From positions 1 through 64,000 of IMG/VR virus record IMGVR_UViG_3300032287_003869: a DNA stretch of 64,000 bases; one strand, given 5' to 3'. Below, piece by piece: positions 53,274 through 62,343 of the stretch. Under the pieces are notes generated by a model that was given only the letters and a program-made list of their open reading frames with translations, was not told the origin of the DNA and did no database searches. Each line of letters starts with the position of its first letter. Positions within the stretch are counted from its first letter, which is position 1. This DNA comes from a virus. The position numbers were made by a program, and so were the translations under genes.

Positions 53274-54032
53274 ATGAACGAAGACGTAAATGCTATTTTT
53301 GAAAAATATGTTCTTGTGTTGGAACAAGAACAACAATCACAGGCTCAAAGTGAAGGCAAGCCATTAGGTCAATTAGTAGGAGCTAAAGGTGGAGGAGAAG
53401 GAGGAGATTGGGGAGGATCTATGCCAAAACTCATATCTCTTTTGCCTTTTGGCGTTTGGAAACCATCATCATTAAAAAGGGCAAGACTAAGCACAAGGTC
53501 CGGTAACATGTCTGATCACTATGAGGGAAATAGTATAGCATATGCTGCGGACTTTGGACTGAATACCACATTCGGAACAAGAGTCGAAGATGCTACAAGA
53601 TTTGCAATCGCCGTTGCTAGAAATGCAGGAGCAAATGTTTCTTCTTGGGAACCATTTAAGGGAAATTATTTTAATCACGAAACCCCAGATGGATATAGAG
53701 TTCAAATTATTTGGCTATCAAATGTGGGGGGAAACCATTATGATCACGTCCACGTTGGAGTTAAAAAAGGAAGAAGCTCGGCTAAATTTAAAGGATCGGC
53801 GGCTCCTGTCTTAAATGCAAAGACAAAGACAGACGCAGAAACCAACCAACAAACAGATCAACAATTTTTTACAAAAGACCCCGAAGGTAAAGAACCATCT
53901 CCTTATTTAAATCAATTAAATCAAATGCTTCAAGGGGGCTTCACAAAAGAAAAAGGAATAGAAGCACTTCAAGGAATAGTTGGAAATGCAATATCCGATA
54001 TAGGAAAGGCTGTTGGAAAAAAACTTTTCTAA
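53274..54032 (+). CDS. LAS/M15-like zinc peptidase with capsid-targeting-like leader
   Basis: SDH...YAADF...HYDHVHV zinc-ligand pattern; leader MNEDVNAIFEKYVLVLEQ. Confidence 0.7.
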   Translation: MNEDVNAIFEKYVLVLEQEQQSQAQSEGKPLGQLVGAKGGGEGGDWGGSMPKLISLLPFGVWKPSSLKRARLSTRSGNMSDHYEGNSIAYAADFGLNTTFGTRVEDATRFAIAVARNAGANVSSWEPFKGNYFNHETPDGYRVQIIWLSNVGGNHYDHVHVGVKKGRSSAKFKGSAAPVLNAKTKTDAETNQQTDQQFFTKDPEGKEPSPYLNQLNQMLQGGFTKEKGIEALQGIVGNAISDIGKAVGKKLF

Positions 54033-54048
54033 AACAATAAATAATACC

Positions 54049-54918
54049 ATGAGAGATAAAGATGCACAGTTGATTTTCGAAAGTTATTTAAATTCCAAAA
54101 ATAACATAATTTTAGAAGACGATGGTAAAAAATGGGAGGATGAAAGCTCTGTATGGTTTTGGTTGAAAACATTTGATCCAACGGGATTTAGTTCTTGGCC
54201 TGATGTTAGGGAGGCTTACTATGGAGTTAGAGAAAATCCAGCAGACGTTGGCCCTTGGGCATTTTTTATATTGCAGATGTTTTTAGCTTTACCTAATTTT
54301 GGATTATTGGCAGCAGGAATTGGGGGAATAGGATGGGCTGGATTGAGGACTGTGGCCAAAGCTGCGATTAAAGCTGGTCCATCTAGTCCAGCGGTTTATA
54401 AAATTGCTGAAACAATATTAAAATATGCTACTGAGACTAAATGGTTTCAGGCAATATTGGTTAAATTTGGAAAAATTCTTAAAGAAAAAGGAGTCATGAA
54501 TCAAAATATGCTCGATATTTACGAAAATATGATTACGTCTGGAAATTTTGCTAAATTAGGTTCAAAAGGAGGAGCTTTGGCTATAGCTGCAAAAGAAACA
54601 ATTGGTGACGGGATTAGGTATGTTCCAAAAATACCATTGGTAGGAATTCCAATATTTGGAAAAGGCGGTCAAATTGCTCAATATGGTGGAAGGGCGGGAA
54701 TGTCCCAAGCGGATGAGGTTAAAGCTGAATTTGAAAAATTTAAACAAAATATAAATAAAGGTTCTAATAAAGGACAAGGACCAACTAAAGAAGCCGCCAA
54801 AGAAGGAAAATATCCAGTTGGAAAAAGAGTTAAACCTGATCAACAGACTCCTGATAAAAAAACAGAACCTGCTCCAGCTAAAAGCAAATCTAAATATGCA
54901 CTTGAAAACTTAGACTAA
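54049..54918 (+). CDS. membrane-inserting protein with capsid-targeting-like leader
   Basis: Start reset to ATG 54049: MRDKDAQLIFESY...IILED; DPTG motif and hydrophobic Gly-zipper helices (LLAAGIGGIGWAG); TAAATA 5 nt upstream. Confidence 0.65.
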   Translation: MRDKDAQLIFESYLNSKNNIILEDDGKKWEDESSVWFWLKTFDPTGFSSWPDVREAYYGVRENPADVGPWAFFILQMFLALPNFGLLAAGIGGIGWAGLRTVAKAAIKAGPSSPAVYKIAETILKYATETKWFQAILVKFGKILKEKGVMNQNMLDIYENMITSGNFAKLGSKGGALAIAAKETIGDGIRYVPKIPLVGIPIFGKGGQIAQYGGRAGMSQADEVKAEFEKFKQNINKGSNKGQGPTKEAAKEGKYPVGKRVKPDQQTPDKKTEPAPAKSKSKYALENLD

Positions 54919-54921
54919 TAT

Positions 54922-55917
54922 ATGAACAAATATAATACCTTGAAATATATCATGGAGCAAACGTCTTCCGATTTAGAAAAAAATGTTAATAGATTAAAAA
55001 AATTAATAGCTATTTACAATTCAGATTCTGAAGAAAACAAGGATTTGTTGTCAACGGATCCTAATTCTGAAGATAGTTTGAAATTTTGGAATTCGGTAGA
55101 AACGCTTTTAAAAAATATTGAAAATGCTGATGCATATTCTCCCGAATCTTCAAAATATTTACAAGAACAGGGAGAAGATGTGGCAAAAGCAATGTCTGAT
55201 ATAAAAGAAATCGTTAAACAACATCCTGAAATATATAATGCCAATTTTAAAGAAATATTAGACCCAATATCAAGCGAGCCTTTATCGACAAAACCAACAG
55301 AGCAACAAACCGCGCCTTCAAATGCTCCATCTAGTGAACAAAAACCAGAATCCACCGCAACCGGAACTTCTGAAAAGAAACCGGAAGATACATACACTAA
55401 AGATTACACAGGAGTATCTATTGTGGATTTCTTAGATCAAAGTGGAAAACCAAGTGATTTTGAATCGCGTAAAAAATTAGCTCAAAGTCTTGGAATTCAA
55501 AATTACACAGGAACCGCATCTCAAAATACTCAAATGCTCAATACATTAAGAGGCGGTAAACAATATTCCGATGGAGTTGAAGTTCAAAAAGCAGAACTCG
55601 CCAAACCATATACTACACCCAAAGATGGAAAAGGTCCAACAATTAGATATGGTCAAATGGAATATCCCGCATATATTGACATGGGTGGAGGAAAATATCG
55701 CCTTGCAAAACAAGAAGAATTGGATAACCCGAATATGCAACTTTATATTCCAAATCCCAAAAAGGGACAACAGGAATATGGAAAGCCAAATTTTGTTAAA
55801 GTTAGAAGAGAAGGTAGCGATATTAGACGCCAATCTCAATTCGGTGGAGCAATTGGATCTGCTTCCAATTTATTCGGAGACATTGGAAACACTCTTGCAA
55901 AACCATTCAGAAAATAA
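54922..55917 (+). CDS. protein with DUF3597-like (putative cell-wall-binding) domain and capsid-targeting-like leader
   Basis: SIVDFL...SDFESRKKLA..LGI.NYTGTASQN..ML; leader MNKYNTLKYIMEQ. Confidence 0.65.
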   Translation: MNKYNTLKYIMEQTSSDLEKNVNRLKKLIAIYNSDSEENKDLLSTDPNSEDSLKFWNSVETLLKNIENADAYSPESSKYLQEQGEDVAKAMSDIKEIVKQHPEIYNANFKEILDPISSEPLSTKPTEQQTAPSNAPSSEQKPESTATGTSEKKPEDTYTKDYTGVSIVDFLDQSGKPSDFESRKKLAQSLGIQNYTGTASQNTQMLNTLRGGKQYSDGVEVQKAELAKPYTTPKDGKGPTIRYGQMEYPAYIDMGGGKYRLAKQEELDNPNMQLYIPNPKKGQQEYGKPNFVKVRREGSDIRRQSQFGGAIGSASNLFGDIGNTLAKPFRK

Positions 55918-55945
55918 TTGATTTTTTGGAAAATTGAAGTAAGAT
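55918..55945 (+). promoter_or_regulatory. sigma70-type promoter (leaderless)
   Basis: TTGATT-16nt-TAAGAT, 6 nt before ATG 55952. Confidence 0.55.
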
Positions 55946-55951
55946 AATTGC

Positions 55952-56662
55952 ATGAGAATAGCAATTTCTGGATGTGCCGCTTCTGGTAAAACCACAACAA
56001 TTCAACATTTTCTTCAAAAATGGCCAAGTTATTCATTGATCAATAGTGAATATAGAAAGTTAATTAAAGATAATAACCACTCCAAAAACACTACTTCAAA
56101 GCTCCAAGGTGAAATATTAGATATACTAGTCAAAGAGTGTGAACCATATACTCTCCACCAGAATGTGATATTTGATAGATGTCCAATAGATAACCTCGTT
56201 TATAGTATGTGGTGCTATGGAAATAACGTGGAAGGATTCACTGACAAATTTATAGAGCAATCAATTTTAAAAGTCAGAAAAGCAATGCAATATTTTGATG
56301 TTATCTTTGTTTGCACTAGAGATTTAATGCCTCCAATTGAAGATAACGGAGTTAGGGAAATTGATCCTAAGTATGTGGAAGAGACTGATAATCTTTTTAA
56401 AGCCATCATTAACAAATATAAAAAAGGAGCAGAAGAATTGCCATTTTTTGAAAAAAATAATGCACCAGCCATTATCGACATATATGGTCAACCACATGAG
56501 AGGCTTGCACAGATTGCAATGTATGTCACCGAGGATGGTAATATGTATGGTGAAGATCAATCACTTATAAACTTGGATGAATTAGGAGAAATGAACAAAC
56601 TCGTTAGAGAACAACAAGACGCATTAAAAAATGAAAAAACTCCAATCTTTGGCATTAAATAA
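55952..56662 (+). CDS. P-loop nucleotide kinase-like protein (AAA_28/dNMP kinase-like)
   Basis: ISGCAASGKTT, FDRCPIDNLVY and DNGVR. Confidence 0.75.
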   Translation: MRIAISGCAASGKTTTIQHFLQKWPSYSLINSEYRKLIKDNNHSKNTTSKLQGEILDILVKECEPYTLHQNVIFDRCPIDNLVYSMWCYGNNVEGFTDKFIEQSILKVRKAMQYFDVIFVCTRDLMPPIEDNGVREIDPKYVEETDNLFKAIINKYKKGAEELPFFEKNNAPAIIDIYGQPHERLAQIAMYVTEDGNMYGEDQSLINLDELGEMNKLVREQQDALKNEKTPIFGIK

Positions 56663-56666
56663 TTGA

Positions 56667-56879
56667 GTGAAGTTTCATAAACAGGCTAACGCTCTCTTAG
56701 AGGGATATAACTCTATTTTAACTAAATCTAGGATGTTTTATCCTAGAAATTTCAATCTTTCCAAAGAATTTCTTAATTCATTCAAGAAAGAGGTTGCTAG
56801 GTTGAAAGCCGAGAATGTTGGAGAAAAAGACATTGTGAGAAAAATCACAAAAGCACTTCATTTCCACGTTAAAGATTAA
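56667..56879 (+). CDS. small late protein with capsid-targeting-like leader
   Basis: MKFHKQANALLEG; TAAATA 5 nt before the GTG. Confidence 0.6.
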   Translation: MKFHKQANALLEGYNSILTKSRMFYPRNFNLSKEFLNSFKKEVARLKAENVGEKDIVRKITKALHFHVKD

Positions 56880-57442
56880 AAGTATTTTAAAACCTTTGTC
56901 TCAAAGGTAGCATCACCCACGACTGCTGTCGTGGAAGAAATTGTGATGGTATAGGTGTAGGGGAGAGGGTCCGGAGGGGAGCCTGGATTCTGTATCGAGG
57001 ACAACAACAATGCCCATGTCATTTTTGAGGCACTTCCATTTGTAGGAATCACATTTATATCACTAACTCTTATACTTCCAATTTCACTATTAAAATTAGT
57101 CTGTCCCTTATATGCTCCATTTAATACTGTGATAGCGGTTGGATACACTTCAAAATATCTAGGATAATTTGCTGTTAATGCACTTATCTTTGTATTAACG
57201 GCACTTAATACGTTTGTGGAAAGGGTTTGAAACTTGCTATCAACAGTAGCGGACATTGAAACTTGTTTCGAACAAACACTTTCTATAGTAGTGTAAAACG
57301 ATGCATTTTCTGGCCCAATTACAAAGTTTTGGAAATCCAAAATATAAGTCCCTTGGTCATTTTCCACTATAAGATAATTACCGTCTACAATTTCTTCTAA
57401 TTCGGGTAATTCCTTTATGTTTGTTTCGTTGTATAACGCCAT
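56876..57442 (-). CDS. late structural protein (fibre/decoration-like)
   Basis: I.ELP...I.DG.YLIV N-terminus, Thr/Ser-rich beta C-terminus; perfect TATAAATA upstream. Confidence 0.55.
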   Translation of the reverse strand: MALYNETNIKELPELEEIVDGNYLIVENDQGTYILDFQNFVIGPENASFYTTIESVCSKQVSMSATVDSKFQTLSTNVLSAVNTKISALTANYPRYFEVYPTAITVLNGAYKGQTNFNSEIGSIRVSDINVIPTNGSASKMTWALLLSSIQNPGSPPDPLPYTYTITISSTTAVVGDATFETKVLKYF

Positions 57443-57448
57443 TTGAAT

Positions 57449-57456
57449 TATTTATA
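57449..57456 (-). promoter_or_regulatory. T4 late promoter
   Basis: Perfect TATAAATA, 6 nt before ATG 57442. Confidence 0.75.
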
Positions 57457-57476
57457 CTTTAAGCTAAATCATCTAT

Positions 57477-58298
57477 ATGGTATTCGTAGGTATTGTTACT
57501 TGTAATAGAGAAGATTTTTTCAAAAAATGCTACGACTCTGTAAAGAGTTCAATAGGAGTGGATTTTATAGCCGTAGTTAACGATGGAAAAACAGAAGTAA
57601 ATGTCGATAAAGACGACATTTATATAAAAAATAAAGTAAATTTAGGGGTCGGAAAGAGCAAAAATACATTGTTCAGAGAGGCATTTAAATTAAAAAAACA
57701 AGGTAAGGACATTCAACACGTATTCATTATTGAAGATGACATTGTGATGAAAGATCCGAATGTGTTCAACGAATACATAAAGGCCAGAAACATTACAGGG
57801 ATACAGCACTTTTGTTTTGCATATCATGGTCCAGCCAATAAAAACGGAATATCTGGAGGAAAACCATGCCCAAGATATATCATTGATTATGGAAACTCAA
57901 AAATAGCAATCAACACTCATAGCGTTGGTGCATTTTGTTATTATACAACAGAAGTTTTGGAAAAAGTTGGACTGATAGATGAGAACTTTCACAATGCATT
58001 TGAACACGTTGAGCATTCTTATAGAATAGCAAAAGAGGGATATACGACACCATATTGGAATTGGGCTGATCTTGCAAACAGCATGGATTTACTGGATGAA
58101 ATTCAATGCTCGGAGCAAAGCAGCACAATAAGACCAAGAAAAGACTGGAAAGACAATATTATAAAGGGCGCATCTTTGTTTCAAAGAAAACATGGATATT
58201 CTCCAGCATGGCAAAATGCTGTCCCAGATACATCTGAAAAAGATGTAAAGGAAACTATGAAGAATATCTTCAAGAAGTTTGCTCGGAACTCCCCATAG
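57477..58298 (+). CDS. glycosyltransferase family 2
   Basis: GIVTCNR, VVNDG, NLGV..SKN, EDD and GLIDE.F. Confidence 0.85.
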   Translation: MVFVGIVTCNREDFFKKCYDSVKSSIGVDFIAVVNDGKTEVNVDKDDIYIKNKVNLGVGKSKNTLFREAFKLKKQGKDIQHVFIIEDDIVMKDPNVFNEYIKARNITGIQHFCFAYHGPANKNGISGGKPCPRYIIDYGNSKIAINTHSVGAFCYYTTEVLEKVGLIDENFHNAFEHVEHSYRIAKEGYTTPYWNWADLANSMDLLDEIQCSEQSSTIRPRKDWKDNIIKGASLFQRKHGYSPAWQNAVPDTSEKDVKETMKNIFKKFARNSP

Positions 58299-59211
58299 TC
58301 TCTCTTTTATTCGTCTTTGGGTCTAGCAAATGGAGAGTGTTTTTCTTGTTAGAAAAACAATTCATGGACCCAGCTATTTTTGTCATTTGAGCACTATGAA
58401 GACCGACAACTGCTTTACATTGTTTCAATATCTCGACATTCTTCATGAACATTAAAGTTTCCTGCTCTCTTAATGCTGGATTTCTAGTAACCATATCAGC
58501 ATTTGACATTTTTTGATCACCATATCTTTTCTCTTCACTATCATATACGAAATTATATTGAGGATATTTTTTTTCCATTTCGTGTATATAATCCAACTCA
58601 TCACTTGTTACAAAAAAAGAATCTCCAAGATTATTTTCTTCAACGTATTTGAAAAGATATTCGTCTGAAAGATAAGATGTTTCCATTATCTTATCGCCCC
58701 TACGAAGGTGCAATGCTGTTAAGTTTTTAAATCCTTTTATCTCGTATTTCTCTTTGATAAAGTCGATACATTCTTCCACCTTGTCCTTGTATGTTTTATT
58801 CAATTTCAGCAAACCATACATATATCCAGAATACATTGTGTAATCGGCATCATTTGGACACCAGCATTGATACTTGTGCATGTTTTCACTATTCCAATAT
58901 TTCCCAAAATCGAAAAACACAACCTCTTTGTCATTTTCTGTGAAGTCGAATATTTCGACTTCTTTTATTCCCTTCTTTTTTAAAGTATCAAGATTCACGT
59001 CAAATTGCTTGAAAGGATCTTCATACACATAACTCGTATACCTGAAAATAGGAGTTCTTCCAAATGCATGTCCAATTTGCATAATCAGTTTTCTTCTGGC
59101 ATACATTGCCCCAAAACCACCCCATTCAATGTCGCCTATAATATATTTTTTAGAATCAAATAATTCGTAATTCACTTTCTTATTGAGAAGAATTTTGAAA
59201 GAAATCAACAT
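58270..59211 (-). CDS. fucosyltransferase-like (GT23/NodZ-type) glycosyltransferase
   Basis: GFGA N-terminal motif, LHLRRGDK and FVTSD. Confidence 0.7.
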   Translation of the reverse strand: MLISFKILLNKKVNYELFDSKKYIIGDIEWGGFGAMYARRKLIMQIGHAFGRTPIFRYTSYVYEDPFKQFDVNLDTLKKKGIKEVEIFDFTENDKEVVFFDFGKYWNSENMHKYQCWCPNDADYTMYSGYMYGLLKLNKTYKDKVEECIDFIKEKYEIKGFKNLTALHLRRGDKIMETSYLSDEYLFKYVEENNLGDSFFVTSDELDYIHEMEKKYPQYNFVYDSEEKRYGDQKMSNADMVTRNPALREQETLMFMKNVEILKQCKAVVGLHSAQMTKIAGSMNCFSNKKNTLHLLDPKTNKRETMGSSEQTS

Positions 59212-59243
59212 TTGTTTTTCAAAAACACATTCTAAATATCATC

Positions 59244-59921
59244 ATGGAAAAAGATTCAAAATTTATAGAAGAATGTACAGGAGCCTGCGATTGGGATTCT
59301 TTAATTTTAAAAAGATTTTTGGAGTTTGTTCCAGAAAATTCTATTGTTGCGGACATAGGCGCTAATCATGGAATATTCACTTTGAATATTACTAAAAACA
59401 TAAAAACAAAACAAATATATGCGATTGAGCCTGATCATCAAAACTTTGAAATATTGAAACTCGGAACAAAAGGAGAATCAAATGTTAACCTCATAAATGC
59501 AGCTGTTTCTGATCATAATGGTGAAGTCGATATTTGGGATGGAAACGGGGATCATGCCACAAGAAACATTCTTGGGGAAAAGTCATTTTGGGGAGAAGGT
59601 AGAATTAAGAGAAAGACATGCACTGTGGATTGCGCCACATTGGATTATATTTTTGGTGAAAAATTGAAAGTCGCCCCAGACGCCTGTAAAATTGATGTTG
59701 AGGGCGCTGAATTATTGGCATTTGAGGGTGGGAAGAAGACAATTCCAAAAATGAAATGTTTATTTGTGGAATGCCACACCAATGAAACATATCAGGGTAT
59801 TGTGAAAATGTCTTTGGAAAACAATTGGGAAATATTTTGTCTCAAAAATCTCCACAAAATAACTTCAGTGGAAGAACTCGATTTCTGTTACCAAGTTATT
59901 ATTTTTCCACAAGGGAAATAA
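59244..59921 (+). CDS. FkbM-family methyltransferase
   Basis: DIGANHG, AIEP, NAAVS and KIDVEGAE; TAAATA 5 nt upstream. Confidence 0.88.
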   Translation: MEKDSKFIEECTGACDWDSLILKRFLEFVPENSIVADIGANHGIFTLNITKNIKTKQIYAIEPDHQNFEILKLGTKGESNVNLINAAVSDHNGEVDIWDGNGDHATRNILGEKSFWGEGRIKRKTCTVDCATLDYIFGEKLKVAPDACKIDVEGAELLAFEGGKKTIPKMKCLFVECHTNETYQGIVKMSLENNWEIFCLKNLHKITSVEELDFCYQVIIFPQGK

Positions 59922-60780
59922 TTCGTTCACAAACCTTATCCAAGGTAAAGAAGTTTTTATACGCTTCTTTACCGTTTTGTGACATAACATCTATTTCGGA
60001 TTGAGTCTTGGATTTTAAAATATCTTTAAGATTTTCAATATTTTTTACATCCAAAACAACACTAAATGAGTTGTAATTCAATACGTCAGAGAAAGGAAGA
60101 TATGGAACATCGTCATATATGTAAACAGGAATCGATCCAAGTTGCAATGTTTCGTAAAACCTAAAACTCTGTTTACCATAACCCCTTGCACATATTGTAA
60201 AAACCGATTTTTTAGTTGTTTCCCTGAATATATCCAAATCACTCTTGTTGATATTATATTGCCAAGTTTTACTGGATATATGAAAATCGCTGTCTTTTTT
60301 ACAATATTCTATCGTTTTTCTCCTGACATCGTGAGTCTCTGATCCAACAAAACTACAAAATATACTTTTATCGTATTTTACACCATCGTCAGGAATAGGA
60401 GAACATACTAAAGGAATAGGTATCCCCTTTGGATAATTACCACCAGCGGAATAAACATCCACATCCAAGTGTTCTGTTTTTTCACTTGGAGCATCATCGT
60501 GCTGTGAAACTATAAAATATTTTTTATCTTTTGGTATTGTATTAAGATAACATTGGATGACAGGATTCTTGTAATTGTGTATCCAATTTCTTAGATATAT
60601 ATTTGTCCAAAATATTGGAAGATAATATCTGGAATACTCTTTATCCAAACAATTTTTAATGAAATAATCGCAAAAATATTCCTCCAAATAAAGACCTTGA
60701 TGGTAACAAGGATAGGGGGGAAGAGGGTATTTTATCCTCAAATAAGTAGTATCATGGAACAGTTTCTCTTGAAAGTTCAC
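59899..60780 (-). CDS. exostosin-family (GT47-like) glycosyltransferase
   Basis: SFVGS, S.F.IC.RGYG..SFRFYE..QLGSIPV...LPF. Confidence 0.8.
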   Translation of the reverse strand: MNFQEKLFHDTTYLRIKYPLPPYPCYHQGLYLEEYFCDYFIKNCLDKEYSRYYLPIFWTNIYLRNWIHNYKNPVIQCYLNTIPKDKKYFIVSQHDDAPSEKTEHLDVDVYSAGGNYPKGIPIPLVCSPIPDDGVKYDKSIFCSFVGSETHDVRRKTIEYCKKDSDFHISSKTWQYNINKSDLDIFRETTKKSVFTICARGYGKQSFRFYETLQLGSIPVYIYDDVPYLPFSDVLNYNSFSVVLDVKNIENLKDILKSKTQSEIDVMSQNGKEAYKNFFTLDKVCERIISLVEK

Positions 60781-61435
60781 TCTTAATATATTCTAATAGT
60801 TTGATTTTATTGTTCACACCGACAGTCCAATTGGCATGGTGCATTAAAATTGATTTTGGAATATTATCATATTCCTCACCATTCCATACAGCATTTCCAG
60901 TATTATATGCTATCGTGTAATACTTGTCTTCAGGAAATGTTCTCCAATTCAGAGAATTTCTACCAAAGTAGTTGAAAGCATACTGGTCATGTTCGAACTT
61001 GTCAATGTGTAAAATAGAATTTTCGAAAACTTTTTTTAATTTTTCTGTGCAAGTCATAACCATGAAACCTGTGCATAAAATTACATTTTCTGGACATTTA
61101 GGTGTGTCGCACTGACAAAAAAGATCAACATCGGGTTCCAAGTCTTTATATTTCAATATGTCTTCTGTAAATCCATCGAAGAACTGAATGTCGGGATCAG
61201 AATAAATGATCCTCTCTCCCATATTGTCTTCAATCGCTTTGATTATGACTTGAACCTTATCGGAAGTTGATTTACGAAATCCGTAAGTGCTATAGGAACC
61301 ATCATTGCTAACTTGATCCATTTCTGACACATATAAAGAAAAATCTTTATTTTTATTTTGTTTTTTATATGTGGGGAGGAAATAATTGTCAAAAAACGGT
61401 TTATGAGAAGCGGTAAAAGATGTATATATCTTCAT
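60752..61435 (-). CDS. nucleotide-diphospho-sugar transferase (GT77-like)
   Basis: YSDPDI, CTGFM, DQYAFN and HHANW...K. Confidence 0.75.
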   Translation of the reverse strand: MKIYTSFTASHKPFFDNYFLPTYKKQNKNKDFSLYVSEMDQVSNDGSYSTYGFRKSTSDKVQVIIKAIEDNMGERIIYSDPDIQFFDGFTEDILKYKDLEPDVDLFCQCDTPKCPENVILCTGFMVMTCTEKLKKVFENSILHIDKFEHDQYAFNYFGRNSLNWRTFPEDKYYTIAYNTGNAVWNGEEYDNIPKSILMHHANWTVGVNNKIKLLEYIKSELSRETVP

Positions 61436-62343
61436 AGAAGAGATGGTATGTTATTTATAAATCCGGTTGGAGAAAGATAGTTTTCCCAAATCTCTCTGCA
61501 TCTTTTTTGTCTTTCAGCTAAATCGTTTTTTTCACAATACTCTTGTATTTTATCTGGAAGAGAATTCAATTCTTTTTCTTCAACAAAAACTATTTCTTTT
61601 TTATAATCAATTAAATTTTCAAAAGGAAGAACACAATCCGTATCGATAAAGACTGGAATTCTACCAAAACACATGGTTTCATAGAAACGATAGGAAAAGT
61701 TACCACACCCTCTAGGACAAAGAATAAAGATATTGTTTTGCAAATTATTGAAAAACTTCTCTCTTCCTTTCATCTTATCCACAGATGGGTTTTGAAAGAA
61801 AGAGAAAACCTCATCATGCTGAATCATGAATCCACTTGTTTTTAATATTTCCAATGCTTCTTTTCTTATCGGCCTATTACTATCTCCGCAAAATCCAATA
61901 GAAGCTCTATCTGAAAACCCCTTAGAATTCTTCAAAATATCTGGAATGAAAACTGGAAAGGCGAATTCGTTTTTCTTTTTTTCAGATGCAAAGAAAGATG
62001 TTCTAAAAAGTATAACATCTTCAGGAATGTTATAATCCCCTCCGAAATCATCATTGTTCAGGCATATCAATTTCTTTCCATTTTTTCTGGAAAGTTCCAA
62101 TATATCTAGGAATCTCTTTTCCAGAGACGATATAAATTTGAATGGGAGAACGAAGTAATCACACTCTTTTTCATCAGCATATTCTATTCCTGTAAGATTT
62201 TGAAAAATACCTGATTCCCAAAATCTATTTCCATCGATATGATCTTTTGCTTGTTTGGAAAGAAGAGGATAGGTGAAAAGAAGCTCAGTGACCAATTCAA
62301 GGTCGGATTGTTTCAAATATTGTTTAGGAACGTGGTATTTCAT
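61432..62343 (-). CDS. exostosin-family (GT47-like) glycosyltransferase
   Basis: GFCG, F.LCPRG.GNFSYRFYE....GRIPV...LPF. Confidence 0.8.
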   Translation of the reverse strand: MKYHVPKQYLKQSDLELVTELLFTYPLLSKQAKDHIDGNRFWESGIFQNLTGIEYADEKECDYFVLPFKFISSLEKRFLDILELSRKNGKKLICLNNDDFGGDYNIPEDVILFRTSFFASEKKKNEFAFPVFIPDILKNSKGFSDRASIGFCGDSNRPIRKEALEILKTSGFMIQHDEVFSFFQNPSVDKMKGREKFFNNLQNNIFILCPRGCGNFSYRFYETMCFGRIPVFIDTDCVLPFENLIDYKKEIVFVEEKELNSLPDKIQEYCEKNDLAERQKRCREIWENYLSPTGFINNIPSLL

